From: Negaprion brevirostris
Lineage: Eukaryota
Direction of reading: 5' to 3'
DNA: 64,000 nt
NCBI GenBank assembly: GCA_030324005.1
Contig: JARDVH010000042.1
Coordinates: 68,395,687-68,459,686, forward strand
Within the stretch, counting starts at the first letter, position 1, and every line of letters starts with the position of its first letter. The translations under genes were made by a program, and so were the position numbers. Of the stretch, positions 48,601 to 61,747 are shown one piece after another. The notes beneath the pieces were generated by a model that searched no databases, was not told the origin of the DNA, and saw nothing but the letters and a program-made list of their open reading frames with translations.

Positions 48601-49575
48601 AAATCTGCATGGAGGCATCGTTGAATCTGAGAGTTCTGACATGGGGAAGGGCTTGGGTGTCTTGGGATGTTGAGGGTGGTGGTCCCAGGGTGGAAACGAT
48701 TAATGAAGAGCAGGGAAGCGATGGGAGGTGGGAAGGGGGAAGTTTGAGTGGGCCGGAGAAGAATGATGGGACACGCAGAACAAATGTCTCAGACTTTTGA
48801 CAAAAAGAAAAGTGGACAGGATGTTGGGCCTTGACTCAGGGCCCGCCTTGCTTGTCCAGGCAGCTCTTACACACCCCACCCGGATCTGCTGAATTGTTAC
48901 CTGATGGCAAGACCCTCCAATGGAAACCCAACCCACCGTGCGATTGCATATACCTTCCCCAGCCCTTTAAATTCTCAAATGAACCGCATGGGAATGGGAT
49001 GGCCATGGATTAAATTCCGCCCTACAACTAGGATCTTAATTTACATATAACTATTGCAGGCAAGATCTAAGGAAACCTGGCAGCAAATGGATATGGGTCA
49101 GCCTTCAAAAGAAATTGCTTTTTACTGTGGACTTGGAGATGCTGGAGTGCTTCCCGACTATAGATTGTAGTGTCTTTCTCTCCCCACTGCTGCAATCTCT
49201 GACTAATTCCTACATCCCCCCCCCTCCCCCCACCACAAATTCCAATCTGTAGCTTTCTCCATCCTATTCACCATTTTCTTCCTCATCCCTATGACCAAAC
49301 CCTGATCAGGAGCCAAGCTCCCTACCCTCACCATTGTCACCTCATTCCCTCTTCTTCCTCACTATCCATGCTGAATCTGCAATTCCATCGCAAATTCCAA
49401 GGACCATCCCTAAGGACTGTGACCTCCTGTCACTGCTTTTCCCACCATGCAGATGGCCAGCCTGTGAATTTGATTAGATGCTAGGCAGAAAACAGAAATA
49501 ACTTAGTTAGGACCACTGACTGTGCTTGGTTTTCCCTGCACCCTATCCGTTTCCTCATAAATATTGGACATGTCC

Positions 49576-49688
49576 GGCAGCATTTTCTGGCCGCGCTCAC
49601 CTCAAGACTGGAAAGTCCCACCCAATGTCCGTGGTCCTGTCCAGCCCGTTAGGATTCCTGAGGTGGGTGGGACAGGAAAATTCTGCCC
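49576..49688. mobile_element. Short MITE-like element
   Basis: GGCAGCATTTTCT ... GGAAAATTCTGCCC termini. Confidence 0.45.
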
Positions 49689-51320
49689 ATGGGTTCACTA
49701 CAGCTGGATCCACGGTTCTTTTTTCTTTTTGTTCCAGCAAACTAGTACCTTCCCTGAATCCAGGCATATTGAAGACTATAGTTTTTGCCCATTGACAGTG
49801 AGTGGATGGAAAATCTAGTTCGGAACATTATCATCTGAAAGAAAATGAGACAATCATTCCACCTCATGTCCCCTAATGGCTTGTCAGGATGACTGCCTGG
49901 CAGCTTGAAAATTGTGGTTTCATACACGCATCAGGGAATCCCACAAAGTACCTGTGGATGAACATTACCAGTGTATCATCTATTTTCACCACCCACCTTT
50001 TCTTCTCCAAGCACCTCACAATGATATCAATCAGTTTGAAGCATTAAATGCTCCATGTATATCTTGGTAACTGGCTGTCCTAGGTATCATTGCTGGAATC
50101 ATTGACAGTGGGATATCAAGCAATGTCATAACTTCAGTGCCAATTGAGAAAAAACTGCAGTGTATGCAGGACCTGTCTTTCACGACAGCCTGATTCCATT
50201 TAGGCGTGGATGTGAATCTCATATCATTCGACTTGTAAAGTGCAGTTTAGTTGCAACGCTTCAGTCTGAAAACAAACTCTGGAATTGAAGGGAACAAAGA
50301 TTTAAGACTTTGAGCAAGAGATGATGGGGTGATGTAAGGAAGAACTATTTTACACTGCAAGTATTAATGACCAGGAATTTACTACCTATAAGCATGGTGG
50401 GAGAGGAGAGTGTTAATCATTTGAACAAGAAATTGGATGGCACGAGAGGGAAATAAAATTACAAGACAGTGGGATAGAACCAGGGAATGGAACTGAGTAT
50501 ATTCTTCTACAAAGAGCTGACATGGATTTGCCACACTGAATGGCCTCCTGTACTGTAATATTTCTATGACAATGATAACATCGCATTTGTTTAGGCCAAA
50601 GAACATAAGAAATAGGAGCAGGAGTAGGCCATCTAGCCCTTCGAGCCTGCTCATGAATTGTTCTTGCATTCAAAGCTAAATCTCTACATGAAGTGCTATC
50701 TCTCTCAAGCAAACTAGTTAATCACCATAAACAAAGCAAATCCTGACATTGGTGGACACAATTACCTGATGATGATTTTTTTATTTGGGATGCCTGGAAA
50801 CCCTTTACAACAAAATGTACAACAAAACAAAAATCAACTGTTCTTTTATGTTAGTCCATAAAGTGACCAGTATAGTCAATGTATAATTTACTTGTAAGGC
50901 ATCTACCCAGCGTTGTCTCCATGTTTTTTTCCAAATGTTATTGCCTTGCGTCTGTTTGCTCAAGGAAAGTGTTTCCACGTTTCCTAACCTGATGCTCTAC
51001 ATTAAGTGTATTGTGCTATTATTTAATGATTAAGATAATTAATCTTAATCTTTCCTATTCCTTGAATACTTCACACTAAGCTTCCTTCAGGCCAATTCCC
51101 AATTTTGAGGTGTGCCCTGGCAAGGCTTATTATCTTCTTTTATTAAATCTTCCTTTTATCCTGTGAATTTTTCAGATTCAAATAGTAGGTAATGTAGATA
51201 TAATAGTCCAAATTTTGTGGAAGCAATTACAGCAAAACTATGTGTTCACTGTGATTGTTCCGTTGAAACAGACAGCAGCGTCAGGAGCCTGTACTAATAC
51301 AGAATTATACAAAAATCTAT

Positions 51321-51519
51321 GGTCTGAATTTTCCACCTGTTGGGCACGCATGCTCGTTGGTCCTGGAGGTGAGTGCGAAATGTGTTCCCAGGTGTGCTCA
51401 GCCCAGAGATCAATTTAATGCTGACTGGCCAATTAATGTCCATCCAGCATAGAATGCACCAGGAAGGGCAGGAGGAGGGTGGGTGCTGAGGAGACTGAGG
51501 GTGTGTAAAATTCTATCCC
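51321..51519. mobile_element. MITE-like element
   Basis: GGTCTGAATTTTCCAC ... GTGTAAAATTCTATCCC termini. Confidence 0.45.
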
Positions 51520-54019
51520 ACAAATTGCTGAGGGTGATTCTACACTCCTCTAGAGGGTGCATTTTTGATGTTCCCTCAAAAATGCAATCTCTAAGCAATC
51601 AGTAAATTGACAAAACTTTACATTATCAGTTTCACTATGAAAATCTATGAAAAATTTGCACCTTGTTAAGTGAGATAACTGAATTTTTAAATAGTTGTAC
51701 TAATTTCTTAATTACCACTAACTGCCTTCACTGGCCCTGAAAAGCTAATTTTACATTTGCGGAATGTCAAAAACTGTGATCAGTAACGGATAAATAAAAT
51801 AGCATTTCTTGAATTTTTTTTACACTGGTATTTTAGCTTTTATCTAAATCCATGATCATTTATTTTGCTATCTGAAAATTTATGTTTGGAATGAAGTCTA
51901 AAGGACTCCCTTGTTTCCTGTTTGTGAGAGTAACTCATTATAATTGAACACTCGCCCTGTCGCTAACAGCAGTGCTGTGGCATGCCTAGAGATTCCCTTG
52001 ACCTGGTGCTAGACTTAAGCTTTTGTCAAAAAAAGGGGAAGTACACAACACAGAGATCACTAGATCTTTGTGAACAACTTTGAGGTCATCAGTGAGTGCT
52101 GTTGCATGGCCGCTAACTACAAAATCTAGCTCACTAAAATACTTTAAATAGTATGTATGTGTGTGTGCATCAGTTACTTTTATGAATTATTTTTTCTTTT
52201 AACTTTTTTGCCTTTTAAAAAGAGTTCCATTCTTCAGTTTGTTATCACGTAATTTTACAATTCTACTGATGAAAATTTATGCTTAAAATTAATTTCAGAG
52301 CGATGACATACATTGTGCATTTTTTTATTCATTGGCCAATGTAAAACAGATTTCATTTTCCAATGACATTGGCCTATCCTTGTGCTGACTGTAGCTCTTC
52401 ATTTATAGCAAGAAACCAATGCTGTGTGGTCCATCAGTATTCAGTTTAAGCAGTCAACCCATAGGAAAAATTTCAAGAAGGCATTGCTTCATGGTTCAAA
52501 GAATGCAAACCACTAAACAAACACTCTGTATGACTAAATTGTCCTGCATGTTTATTGAAGCAATCGACACAGAATGCAACATTTCCTGTTGAAAAGGATT
52601 TATGCTGACAGTTTTGATCTACCTAGCTATTGGGTTTCTGCTTTCTATTGACACTGTTCCCAACGAGTACATTCTGAACATGTATCGACAGCTGGGCGGA
52701 TAATTGTGGGAATTCAGTGTTATACATTAACCCGTGTTTAAGACAGTTCTACACCTTATTTTGTGAAGTTGTTATGAGGTAGAAATGAGACCACATACTA
52801 GGTTAGGAAAACAGGGAGAACCTTGAGATAAAATAAGCTCGACTTTTTGTATTACCAAGAATGCATAAACACGTAACTATTAAGCATGCCTGTAGAGCTG
52901 TTCAAGGTGTGTTTATGTTTAATAGTTAGCTTTGTCTCTGCAAACGCTGCAGCTAAAGTGTAGGTGGGAAACAGTTGTTCCAGATACAAAGTGACTCAAC
53001 ATAGGGAAGAGTTGGCTCATTTGGTCTATCTGCTTGCAACCTGAGCATTCCAGCAATTATTTTATTTCTCTCTCATTCCTCTGCAGTTAACTCAGGAATT
53101 TGGATATTGACTGAAGCAAAATAAAATTGAGTTTTTGGTGAATTATAATGAACAATGTCACAAGCATTGGCATAATTCAAGTTCCCTGATAGAACTAAAG
53201 TTAGTCTGAACACAGATTAGTGGCATGTATTACCAAGCAATCACTTCCTTTCCCTACGACTGTGTATTGCCAATTATTGCCAATTAGCTGTCAAAGGTTA
53301 ATAAACAGTTGGAGATTTGCATGCTTATTCTTTGCTGTGAAAATAAAGCCAAAGTGATTCTAATGTCAGGCTTCTCACAATTTCTGCAGTGAGGATAATT
53401 CAGGTATATAACATGCAAATTCTAAACAATAACTTCATTTTATAGCTGTGAATAACTTCTTAATGCCCAACTATTGCCAATTGCCTCTGTTTCATCTGGC
53501 AGGATTAAAATATTCTTGAAAACTTTGCCAAATTCATGGTCCCATTTCCCTTGGAAATTAATTTGATTTAAAAAAATCTACATTAGAAATGGAACTGAAT
53601 AAACACTAAGATCAACTGCCCTGAATGACAAAATGAGAAGAATGAATGGTATGGCTTTTCAATGTATATCTGCATGGCATTTTGCTGCTATTCACATAAT
53701 AGCAACTTGTTTATAAAGAGCACCTTTGATATGTTGCTTTAAAAAAGTATTTTCAGAAGTATTAATTTAACATGAAAACAACGCCTGAACCAAAGGGAAT
53801 GCCTGTTAATAGGGTGGCCAACAGAGGGTCAGGTTGCAATTCAATTCTTAAAAGTAAAAGATCGGGATGGAAAGTGATTTTGTGATTAAATTCTAGGGTG
53901 TGCACTTTTTGTAGCGGAAAACTTGGCTGCCAGTAATGGGACATTGGTGATGGTTTACAAAACAAACCAGACTCCGAGCAAGTTTGGGGGTGAAGGTTGT
54001 AGAATTGGAGGAACTTAAT

Positions 54020-54960
54020 AAGATCATAAGAAATCGGAATAAGAGTAGGCCATGCAATAAGATCATGGCTGATCGAATTATGCCTTAACTCCACTTGCTT
54101 GTCTTCCCATAACCTATGACTCCCTTGTTGATCGAAAATCTGTCTTAACTTGGCTTTGCATATATTCAATGATATAGTGTTCATTGCTCTCTGCGGATGA
54201 TCCTCAGAGAAGAAATTCTGCCTCTTCTCTGCCTTAGCTTTTTTAAACTTCCCACTTGTTCAAGATTTCCCTACATCAGGAAACATCCTCTGTGTCTACC
54301 TTGTTAAGCCCCCTCAGAATCTTGCATTTTTCGATAAAAGCACCTCTCATTTTTCTAAACTCCAATATTCTCAATGTTTCCTCATAAGAAAAGCTCTTCC
54401 ATCCCAGGAATCAGCCCAGTGACTCTTGTCTGAACTCTTTTCAATATAGGTGGATCCTCCTTAAATAAGGAGATCAAAACTCCACTCTTTTCTAGGTGTG
54501 GTCTTACCAATCCCTCGGTGTTGCAAGACTTTCTTTTATATTTTATCATCCTAGCAGTAAAGGCCAAAATTCAACATACTTTCCTAATTGCTTGCTGTAC
54601 TTGCATGTCAATATTTGCGAATCATATATAAGAACACCCAGATCCTGCTGTACGCTCATTTCCTACATCATCGAGGGCCGAAAGGCCTGTACCGTGCTGT
54701 AATGTTATAATCCTGCCAAATTTTTGTCCATTCACTGAACCTACCTATCTTTGCACATTCATTGTATCATCTTCACAACTTGCTCTCCTACCTACCTTGT
54801 ATCATTAACAAAGTTCACTACAGTACATTGAGTCCTTTCTTCAAAGTCATTAATATCGATTGTAAATAGTGGAGGCCTGAGCACCTATGCCATAGCACTC
54901 CACTACTTAGTTTACCAACTTGAAGATGTCTCAGTTATCTTTACTTTGTTTCCTATTCTT
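54020..54960 (-). mobile_element. CR1 LINE RT C-terminus and 3' UTR
   Basis: Minus-strand ORF LVRPHLEK..LKRVQTRVTGLIPGM; cataagaaatcggaataagagtaggcc tail. Confidence 0.8.
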
Positions 54961-55229
54961 TCAGCTAACATACTATCCAAGCTTTTTGAAAAATTCTTTC
55001 ACAGGCCATTCTCCATCCCTGATGCCCCTAAGAAGGTGAGCTGCCTTCTTGAACCGATGCAGACTATGTGGCGTCAGTTGAATAGGCGTAAATTGAATGG
55101 GCGTAAATTGAAAGAGGTGATCACTCAAGCAAGACTTTGATGTCCTTGTGGATCAGTTGCTGAAAGTAAGCACGTAGCTACAACAGGCAATAAAGAAGGC
55201 AAAGTTCCTTGAGCTGCAGACACTTGGAA

Positions 55230-56145
55230 TCAAAATGGTAAAATCGGTTCCTAAGTGCTGGGTGGACTTGAATCTGGGAACGTATCAGATCCGACTTTTA
55301 GACCCATTCTCTGGTGCTCCCATACGTACTCTGCCTGAAAAAATATTGGCGATTCTGAATTGCACTGCACAAGCCTGTGGGTGGGGCTTATCGTGCGCGA
55401 AACACTGCAGCTCCGATCGGAGCCTTCAACTGCGTATGCGCAGTTTAAAAAAAAAATCCCTGTCACATCGATCCCAGGCTGGATAATGCCTACCCCCAAC
55501 CCTACTGACATTGCCACATCCCCACAACATAACTGATCCCCTTATTGCCCACCCTCCACTAAACAGACAGATCATGCCCCCTAAACAGAGTGACCTGATT
55601 CACCTCCCTCCCTCCCCACCACAGAGCCATCAGACCCACCTCATTCCCTCCATCAGACAGCCATCTAACCAGCCTCCATCCGNNNNNNNNNNNNNNNNNN
55701 NNNNNNNNNNNNNNNNNNNNNNNNNNNNNNNNNNNNNNNNNNNNNNNNTCCCCCCTCCCCCCCCCACCCCCCACAGACACCAGAGAGTCACCTGACGCCC
55801 CCCCTCAACCCAACCACCGACCTGAGTCAGAACACCGCCGAAAGTTCTGAACGTACCTCCTCGGAAGCTCGAGCGCCGAATCTGGACAGGCCAACGTGGT
55901 GCTAAAGGGGGAAGTGCTGGTAAAGTTGGGCGCCCAGCCCATTAATGCAATCTAAATGCACTCAAGTGCATTTAAATTGCTGTCATACCTGTTTTGCGCG
56001 CAGTCCCGATCATTGCTGTTTTCAGCCACTGGTAAAGGGGGAGCGGTTGCAGAGGCGGTTGTGGATCGCACTGCTCGCCTCACACCCGATTTTTATCAAG
56101 ATTTTGTGCCTGAAAAACAGGCACAGCATGATGGTAAAATTGGGC
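55230..56145. mobile_element. GC-rich non-autonomous TIR-type element
   Basis: CpG-rich interior, right end ATGGTAAAATTGGGC, atggtaaaatcgg near the left end; boundaries uncertain. Confidence 0.45.
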
Positions 56146-56912
56146 TGTTACTGTGGACGGTGTTGCCATGGATCACCCAGGTATCCACCAGTTCCCACAT
56201 GCTGCATCCGCAACACATCACCTGCCTGCCATCTTTATTTTACTTTTATTAATTAATTAAGTTTCAGGTTTGGGAAATCACTTAACCATTATCTCTGATC
56301 AATTATGGATTTTAACTAATTATGCAATAAAATTAATCTAATATTTATATCTCCCCAGAATCACTATAAGCTACTGCCCAGTTTTGGGGGTGAAAAAGCT
56401 TAAAATTTGCCAATCACCAACAAGCACTATAATTCATGTCTCCAGGGTTCAGCTCTCAGATCTCGCTGTCTCCGTTTCTGTGAGATGGCAGATATCACCT
56501 CCACCCTCATTACCCTGAATCCCCAGGTTCAAGCACTTAGTCTCATTGTACTTAGTCTCCAGTTATCACCTTTGTGCAACTTACTTTGTGTGTCCATATT
56601 TGTATTAACTAGTTCAGATTCCAGAGAGCTGAATCAGCCACTGCTGCCTGGGGAACCAATTCTAACTAAGTAGCTGAGCTGCAGCTGCCTCCGGCAATGA
56701 GCTTATTCAACACTGAACGTGACAGAAAAGTATCTACAATTTACTGATATAGTTAATTTAGCAAGACAAGTGGATAAAATAGTTAAGAAGGCATGTGACG
56801 TAGGGAGAGTGTGAGTGGTTTCTTCGTTGCTGAGAGTTGGGGCCTGGGGTGGGAAAAGCAAGATTGAACAGGGTGGCGGCTGTCCTGCAGGCACCAGAAT
56901 GGGGGAGTTGCA

Positions 56913-57134
56913 ATGTCCCAGCAGGGAGCTGCACTGCCGAGCTACAACAATGAACTGGTTAAATGTATTGACGATCTATGTGCAAAAAAAGAACTGAATC
57001 AACAAATCCTGCAAGAGGAGGAAGAGAAGAACAAGCTTCAGAACAATATCTGCATTTTAACAGAGAAACTTGACAAGGTCAATGAGGGTCTTGCATGCCA
57101 AATGGCACCCGGAAATGAATTTGATAGAACATAA
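56913..57134 (+). pseudogene. SSNA1: SSNA1 (NA14/DIP13) processed retrocopy, 3'-interrupted
   Basis: [76 protein letters not shown] matches the recalled SSNA1 N-terminus ([23 protein letters not shown]...NEFDRT); no introns; cut by a CR1 tail after FDRT. Confidence 0.9.
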
Positions 57135-57525
57135 GAAATAGGAGCAGGAGTAGGCCATCCAGCCCTTCGAGCCTGCCCCGCCATTCAATTAGATCATGGC
57201 TGNNNNNNNNNNNNNNNNNNNNNNNNNNNNNNNNNNNNNNNNNNNNNNNNNNNNNNNNNNNNNNNNNNNNNNNNNNNNNNNNNNNNNNNNNNNNNNNNNN
57301 NNNNNNNNNNNNNNNNNNNNNNNNNNNNNNNNNNNNNNNNNNNNNNNNNNNNNNNNNNNNNNNNNNNNNNNNNNNNNNNNNNNNNNNNNNNNNNNNNNNN
57401 NNNNNNNNNNNNNNNNNNNNNNNNNNNNNNNNNNNNNNNNNNNNNNNNNNNNNNNNNNNNNNNNNNNNNNNNNNNNNNNNNNNNNNNNNNNNNNNNNNNN
57501 NNNNNNNNNNNNNNNNNNNNNNNNN

Positions 57526-57990
57526 GGATGTTGCCTGGTCTGGAGAGTTTTAGTTACGAAGAGAGATTTGGATAGCCTGGGGTTGTTTTCCTTGCAGCAG
57601 AGTAGATTGAGGAGGCACCTGATTGAGATGTATAAAATTGAGGGGCATAGATGGGTAGGTAGTTTAGACAGAAACTTCTTCCCTTGGTGGAGGGATAAAT
57701 GATAGAGGGCATAGACTTAAGGAAAGGGGCAGAAGGTTTAGAGGGGGTGTGAGGAAAGATCTTTTTCACCTAAAAGGTGGTGGGAGTCTGGACCTCAGTG
57801 CGTGAAAAGGTGGTGGAGGCAGACACTGTCAAACATTCAAGAAGTATTTAGATGTGCAATTGTGATGCCAAGGCATTCAAAGCTATGGACCAAGTTCTGA
57901 AAAATGGGATTAGTATAGTTGGGTGGTTTTCTTTGACAGGCACAGGCATAATGAGCTGAAGGGGCTTTTTCTGTGCTCTATATCTTTTGA
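57526..57990 (+). mobile_element. CR1 LINE 3' end (continuation of the fragment at about 56760-56800)
   Basis: MLPGLESFSYEER..LGLFSL..LIEMYKI remnant and 3' UTR; upstream QVDKIVKKA lies before the SSNA1 insert. Confidence 0.8.
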
Positions 57991-58108
57991 GTCTAAAGGC
58001 AAACTTAAGCTGAGTTTTAAAAAGTGATCAATCTTAAAATCCCTCACTTACCTGATTCCTGGATTTAGGCACTGCACTTAGTCTCCAGCTACCACCTTTG
58101 TGCAAATA

Positions 58109-58363
58109 GGGGTGATTCTTCCCAAAAAAATGAAGTGCCTAGCGGGCAAGAAAATGGAAGATTTTTTTGGTTCATGAATTTCCAGCACTCTGTGCTACAC
58201 AGAGTGCCTCAGGGGGATTCATGCCAGGAAGGAAGGGGTGGGGGCAGAGATGCCTCATCCCACTGGAGAGGCCATCACGCTGAGCGGGCCCCCGCACATG
58301 CGCCATTCTGTCAGTGGAGAAATCGGGGCATGCGCACTGGCTCCTGCCATCGCCCCGCCCCCC

Positions 58364-58399
<36 letters not shown>

Positions 58400-58501
58400 C
58401 TCCTCCCCCTCCACCATTGCCAATCTCTCAGTCATCAGCCTCCCGATTTTCTTTTCCAGCCTCCTGTTTCTCCCCTTCTGTTTCCAGCCTCCTGTTTCTC
58501 C
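58109..58501. mobile_element. Left part of a TIR element related to 46444-47376, containing a (CT)n microsatellite
   Basis: GGGGTGATTCTTCCCAAAAAAA left end; (CT)n at about 58368-58395; runs into a gap. Confidence 0.5.
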
Positions 58502-59800
58502 NNNNNNNNNNNNNNNNNNNNNNNNNNNNNNNNNNNNNNNNNNNNNNNNNNNNNNNNNNNNNNNNNNNNNNNNNNNNNNNNNNNNNNNNNNNNNNNNNNN
58601 NNNNNNNNNNNNNNNNNNNNNNNNNNNNNNNNNNNNNNNNNNNNNNNNNNNNNNNNNNNNNNNNNNNNNNNNNNNNNNNNNNNNNNNNNNNNNNNNNNNN
58701 NNNNNNNNNNNNNNNNNNNNNNNNNNNNNNNNNNNNNNNNNNNNNNNNNNNNNNNNNNNNNNNNNNNNNNNNNNNNNNNNNNNNNNNNNNNNNNNNNNNN
58801 NNNNNNNNNNNNNNNNNNNNNNNNNNNNNNNNNNNNNNNNNNNNNNNNNNNNNNNNNNNNNNNNNNNNNNNNNNNNNNNNNNNNNNNNNNNNNNNNNNNN
58901 NNNNNNNNNNNNNNNNNNNNNNNNNNNNNNNNNNNNNNNNNNNNNNNNNNNNNNNNNNNNNNNNNNNNNNNNNNNNNNNNNNNNNNNNNNNNNNNNNNNN
59001 NNNNNNNNNNNNNNNNNNNNNNNNNNNNNNNNNNNNNNNNNNNNNNNNNNNNNNNNNNNNNNNNNNNNNNNNNNNNNNNNNNNNNNNNNNNNNNNNNGGA
59101 TGAGAGTTTTAAATGTGAGATGCTGGGGGTCTGGATGCCAATGTAGATCAAAAAGAATAACAGTAATGGGTTAGCTGAGCTTGCTTGATGCAGACAAGAA
59201 AAGGTTTTGATGATCTTATAGGGCATAAAGTGACAAGACCCTTAACGTCTTGCAACATAATTATATATCAAATCTGAATCTACACAAATTGTGGTGGTTC
59301 AATTGTACCATTTCATTAATGTATCACAGTGTAAAATATAACTGCTTTGATAGATTCTTAGTCAATTTGAAATAGTACTACTTACTGAATTTTTGTCAGT
59401 TTCACTATCCCAGTACATATCTTAATGCAAATATGCTATAAATGTAAAGTCACCACAGACCCAGATGACCATAGATTGCTCTCCCCATTGAGGGGGAGAG
59501 CTGACTGGTGGTGATTTAACCTAATGATCGCCACACCTCCAGCGGGGGGCAAGGTTGAGAAGGCAGGTCTTCATTTGTTATTAATGAATTAATTAAATCT
59601 ACATCACTTGGTAGACATGATATTGTTCAGCAGAGGCAACAATTGTACATTTATATCATTGCAAACCCTTTGGATAATAATAACTAAAAAAAGCCTTTTT
59701 CCTGCACTACGATATTTCCACTAACAGACTTTTAACCTCTTATCCATTATTATTGAAGCTTCCAAGTGAATATAGTGTAGTCTGTTGCTTGTCATTTCAG

Positions 59801-59920
59801 AGTTCCTCTGTGTCACCATCAGCCAGTTTCAGAGCTGCAGAGAAGCACAGAAATTCAAATGATTACTCCACAGAGAGCAAGAAGCAGAAGACTGATGATA
59901 AGGATTTAGCAAACCGTTAT
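59801..59920 (+). CDS. TLE4: TLE4 coding exon, CcN domain (NLS region)
   Basis: TTTCAG|exon|GTGAGT; SSSVSPSASFRAAEKHRNSNDYSTESKKQKTDDKDLANRY; 120 nt, phase 0-0; much closer to recalled TLE4 than to TLE1 or TLE3. Confidence 0.95.
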
Positions 59921-60192
59921 GTGAGTAACAATCAAATTGGGCATGCCTTTATATATTTTTTATGTAATTGTGATCAACCTTGATTCTCAATTATTTGTCT
60001 GTGGATTATGTTCTGTAACACTCCCCAACTCCACGCACCCCCCCAGCTGCCCAGTATTTTTTATGAACTGCACTTTTCAGCTTTTTAAAAACATTTAAGT
60101 GGGGAAGAGGACAAAACAAGGCTAAGTTATTTTGCTCTAGTCATAGAGTTGCTTCAGTAGTCTTTCTAATAGTAAATTGTGCCTTTCTATCA

Positions 60193-60486
60193 GTTTAAGT
60201 TTATTAGCGTCACAAATAGGCTTACATTTAACATTGCAATGACGTTATTGTGAAAATTTCCAGTCGCCAAGCCCTGGTGCCTGATCAGGTAGACTAAGGG
60301 AGAATTTAGCATGGCCAATGCACCTTTACCAGCATGTCTTTTGGACTGTGTGAAGATTCCAGAGCACCTGAAGGAAATCTATGCACACATGGGGAGAACA
60401 TGCAGATTCAGCACAGACAGTGACCCAAACCAGGAATGGAACCCAGGTCTCTGGTGCTGTGAGGCAGTGGTGCTTAGCACTGTCCA
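60193..60486 (-). mobile_element. Shark tRNA-derived SINE
   Basis: Reverse complement of the SINE head (gctgtgaggcagtggtgcttagcactg) and tail (gtttattagcgtcacaaataggcttac). Confidence 0.8.
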
Positions 60487-61015
60487 CCTTTAAACTTTAA
60501 GACTCCTCTTGCTGGGCTTCTGTACAATCCTATATATTCAATTTCAAGCACCTTTTGGATACATGGATCATAGGCCCAGTTTATTCAAATGTAACAATGT
60601 ACCATGACTCAACTTGAAGCTCTGAGGAACATTCCTAACTACAAATAGTGTAGCATTTTTTTTCCATTTTGCTGTTTCGTCATGTGGAACCACAAGAGCC
60701 TGGGATTGGTTTGAGACTGGCTGAGTAATTTTGATCCTGCTTGTAAAATTCCTATCAAAGTGAAAGACTAGTGTTTAACCTGTGCTTTTGGTTTCTTGCT
60801 CTCTATAAACTTCCTGTTTTGTATTATATCAGTCAAGTATGGGCATAATAGAGACTGCTGCATCACTAATTAAACTGCTCTGATATATCTGTTATGCAAT
60901 CAATTCTTATTAACTCAATCACTGTAATATATTTGAACAGCTGTCTAAATTCAGTTGCAGTTAATGTGCATTCATCATCATATAAAATGTATTATTTATT
61001 TATATACATATTTAG

Positions 61016-61069
61016 GATAGTGATGGAGAGAAGAGTGATGACAACTTGGTGGTGGATGTCTCCAATGAG
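61016..61069 (+). CDS. TLE4: TLE4 coding exon, CcN domain (CK2 site region)
   Basis: TTTAG|exon|GTTTGT; DSDGEKSDDNLVVDVSNE, identical to recalled TLE4; 54 nt, phase 0-0. Confidence 0.95.
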
Positions 61070-61747
61070 GTTTGTAGTGGTTGGTTTCAAGAATATTGAA
61101 TGCAGTAATTTTCTTGGTGTTGATGTTTAGCATGGGCTTTCCATTAATATTGTACCACAGAATTTTTCTTGGCTCATTGTCTTTTCAATCAAGTACTGGT
61201 TTAAACTCCAAGAAGCTAATTTACTTAATTAAATGATTATCAAAGTAAAAATCTGACATGAAGAAGGCTCTAAATGAAAATATGATCATCTGAAATGTTT
61301 TAGGAAATTTAAATGCACGCTTGAAAACGCTGAACCAAAAAATATCGATGTATTGTTTGTGTTTATCTGTAAATATAAAGAAAAACTGCATACCAAGGAT
61401 TGATTACAAGACAATAAATATGCTGGGCATAAAATAACTAGATAAAATATATGGTTCAGAATGCAATTGATATAGGTTGAGACTGAGGTTGCCATATATT
61501 CCATCTTCCACCTGTATATGTTCATTTAAAACTCTGCTGCCTCCAACCTAGCTTGCACCAAATCTCATTTGCGCATCACCCCTGTCCTCGTTGATTTACA
61601 GTGAATGCCAATGTCTTCAATTTAAAATACTCATCCTTGTTTTCATAACTTTCAATGGCTTTGACTTCTCTACCTCGGTAACCTTCTCCAGCCTCTACGA
61701 TTTGCCAAGATTTCTGCATTCTTCCAATTGTGGCCTGCATTTTTTAA

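Noticed and set aside
55078-55113. Short tandem duplication ttgaat(a/g)ggcgtaaa
   Set aside because: Only two units; ordinary slippage, not an array
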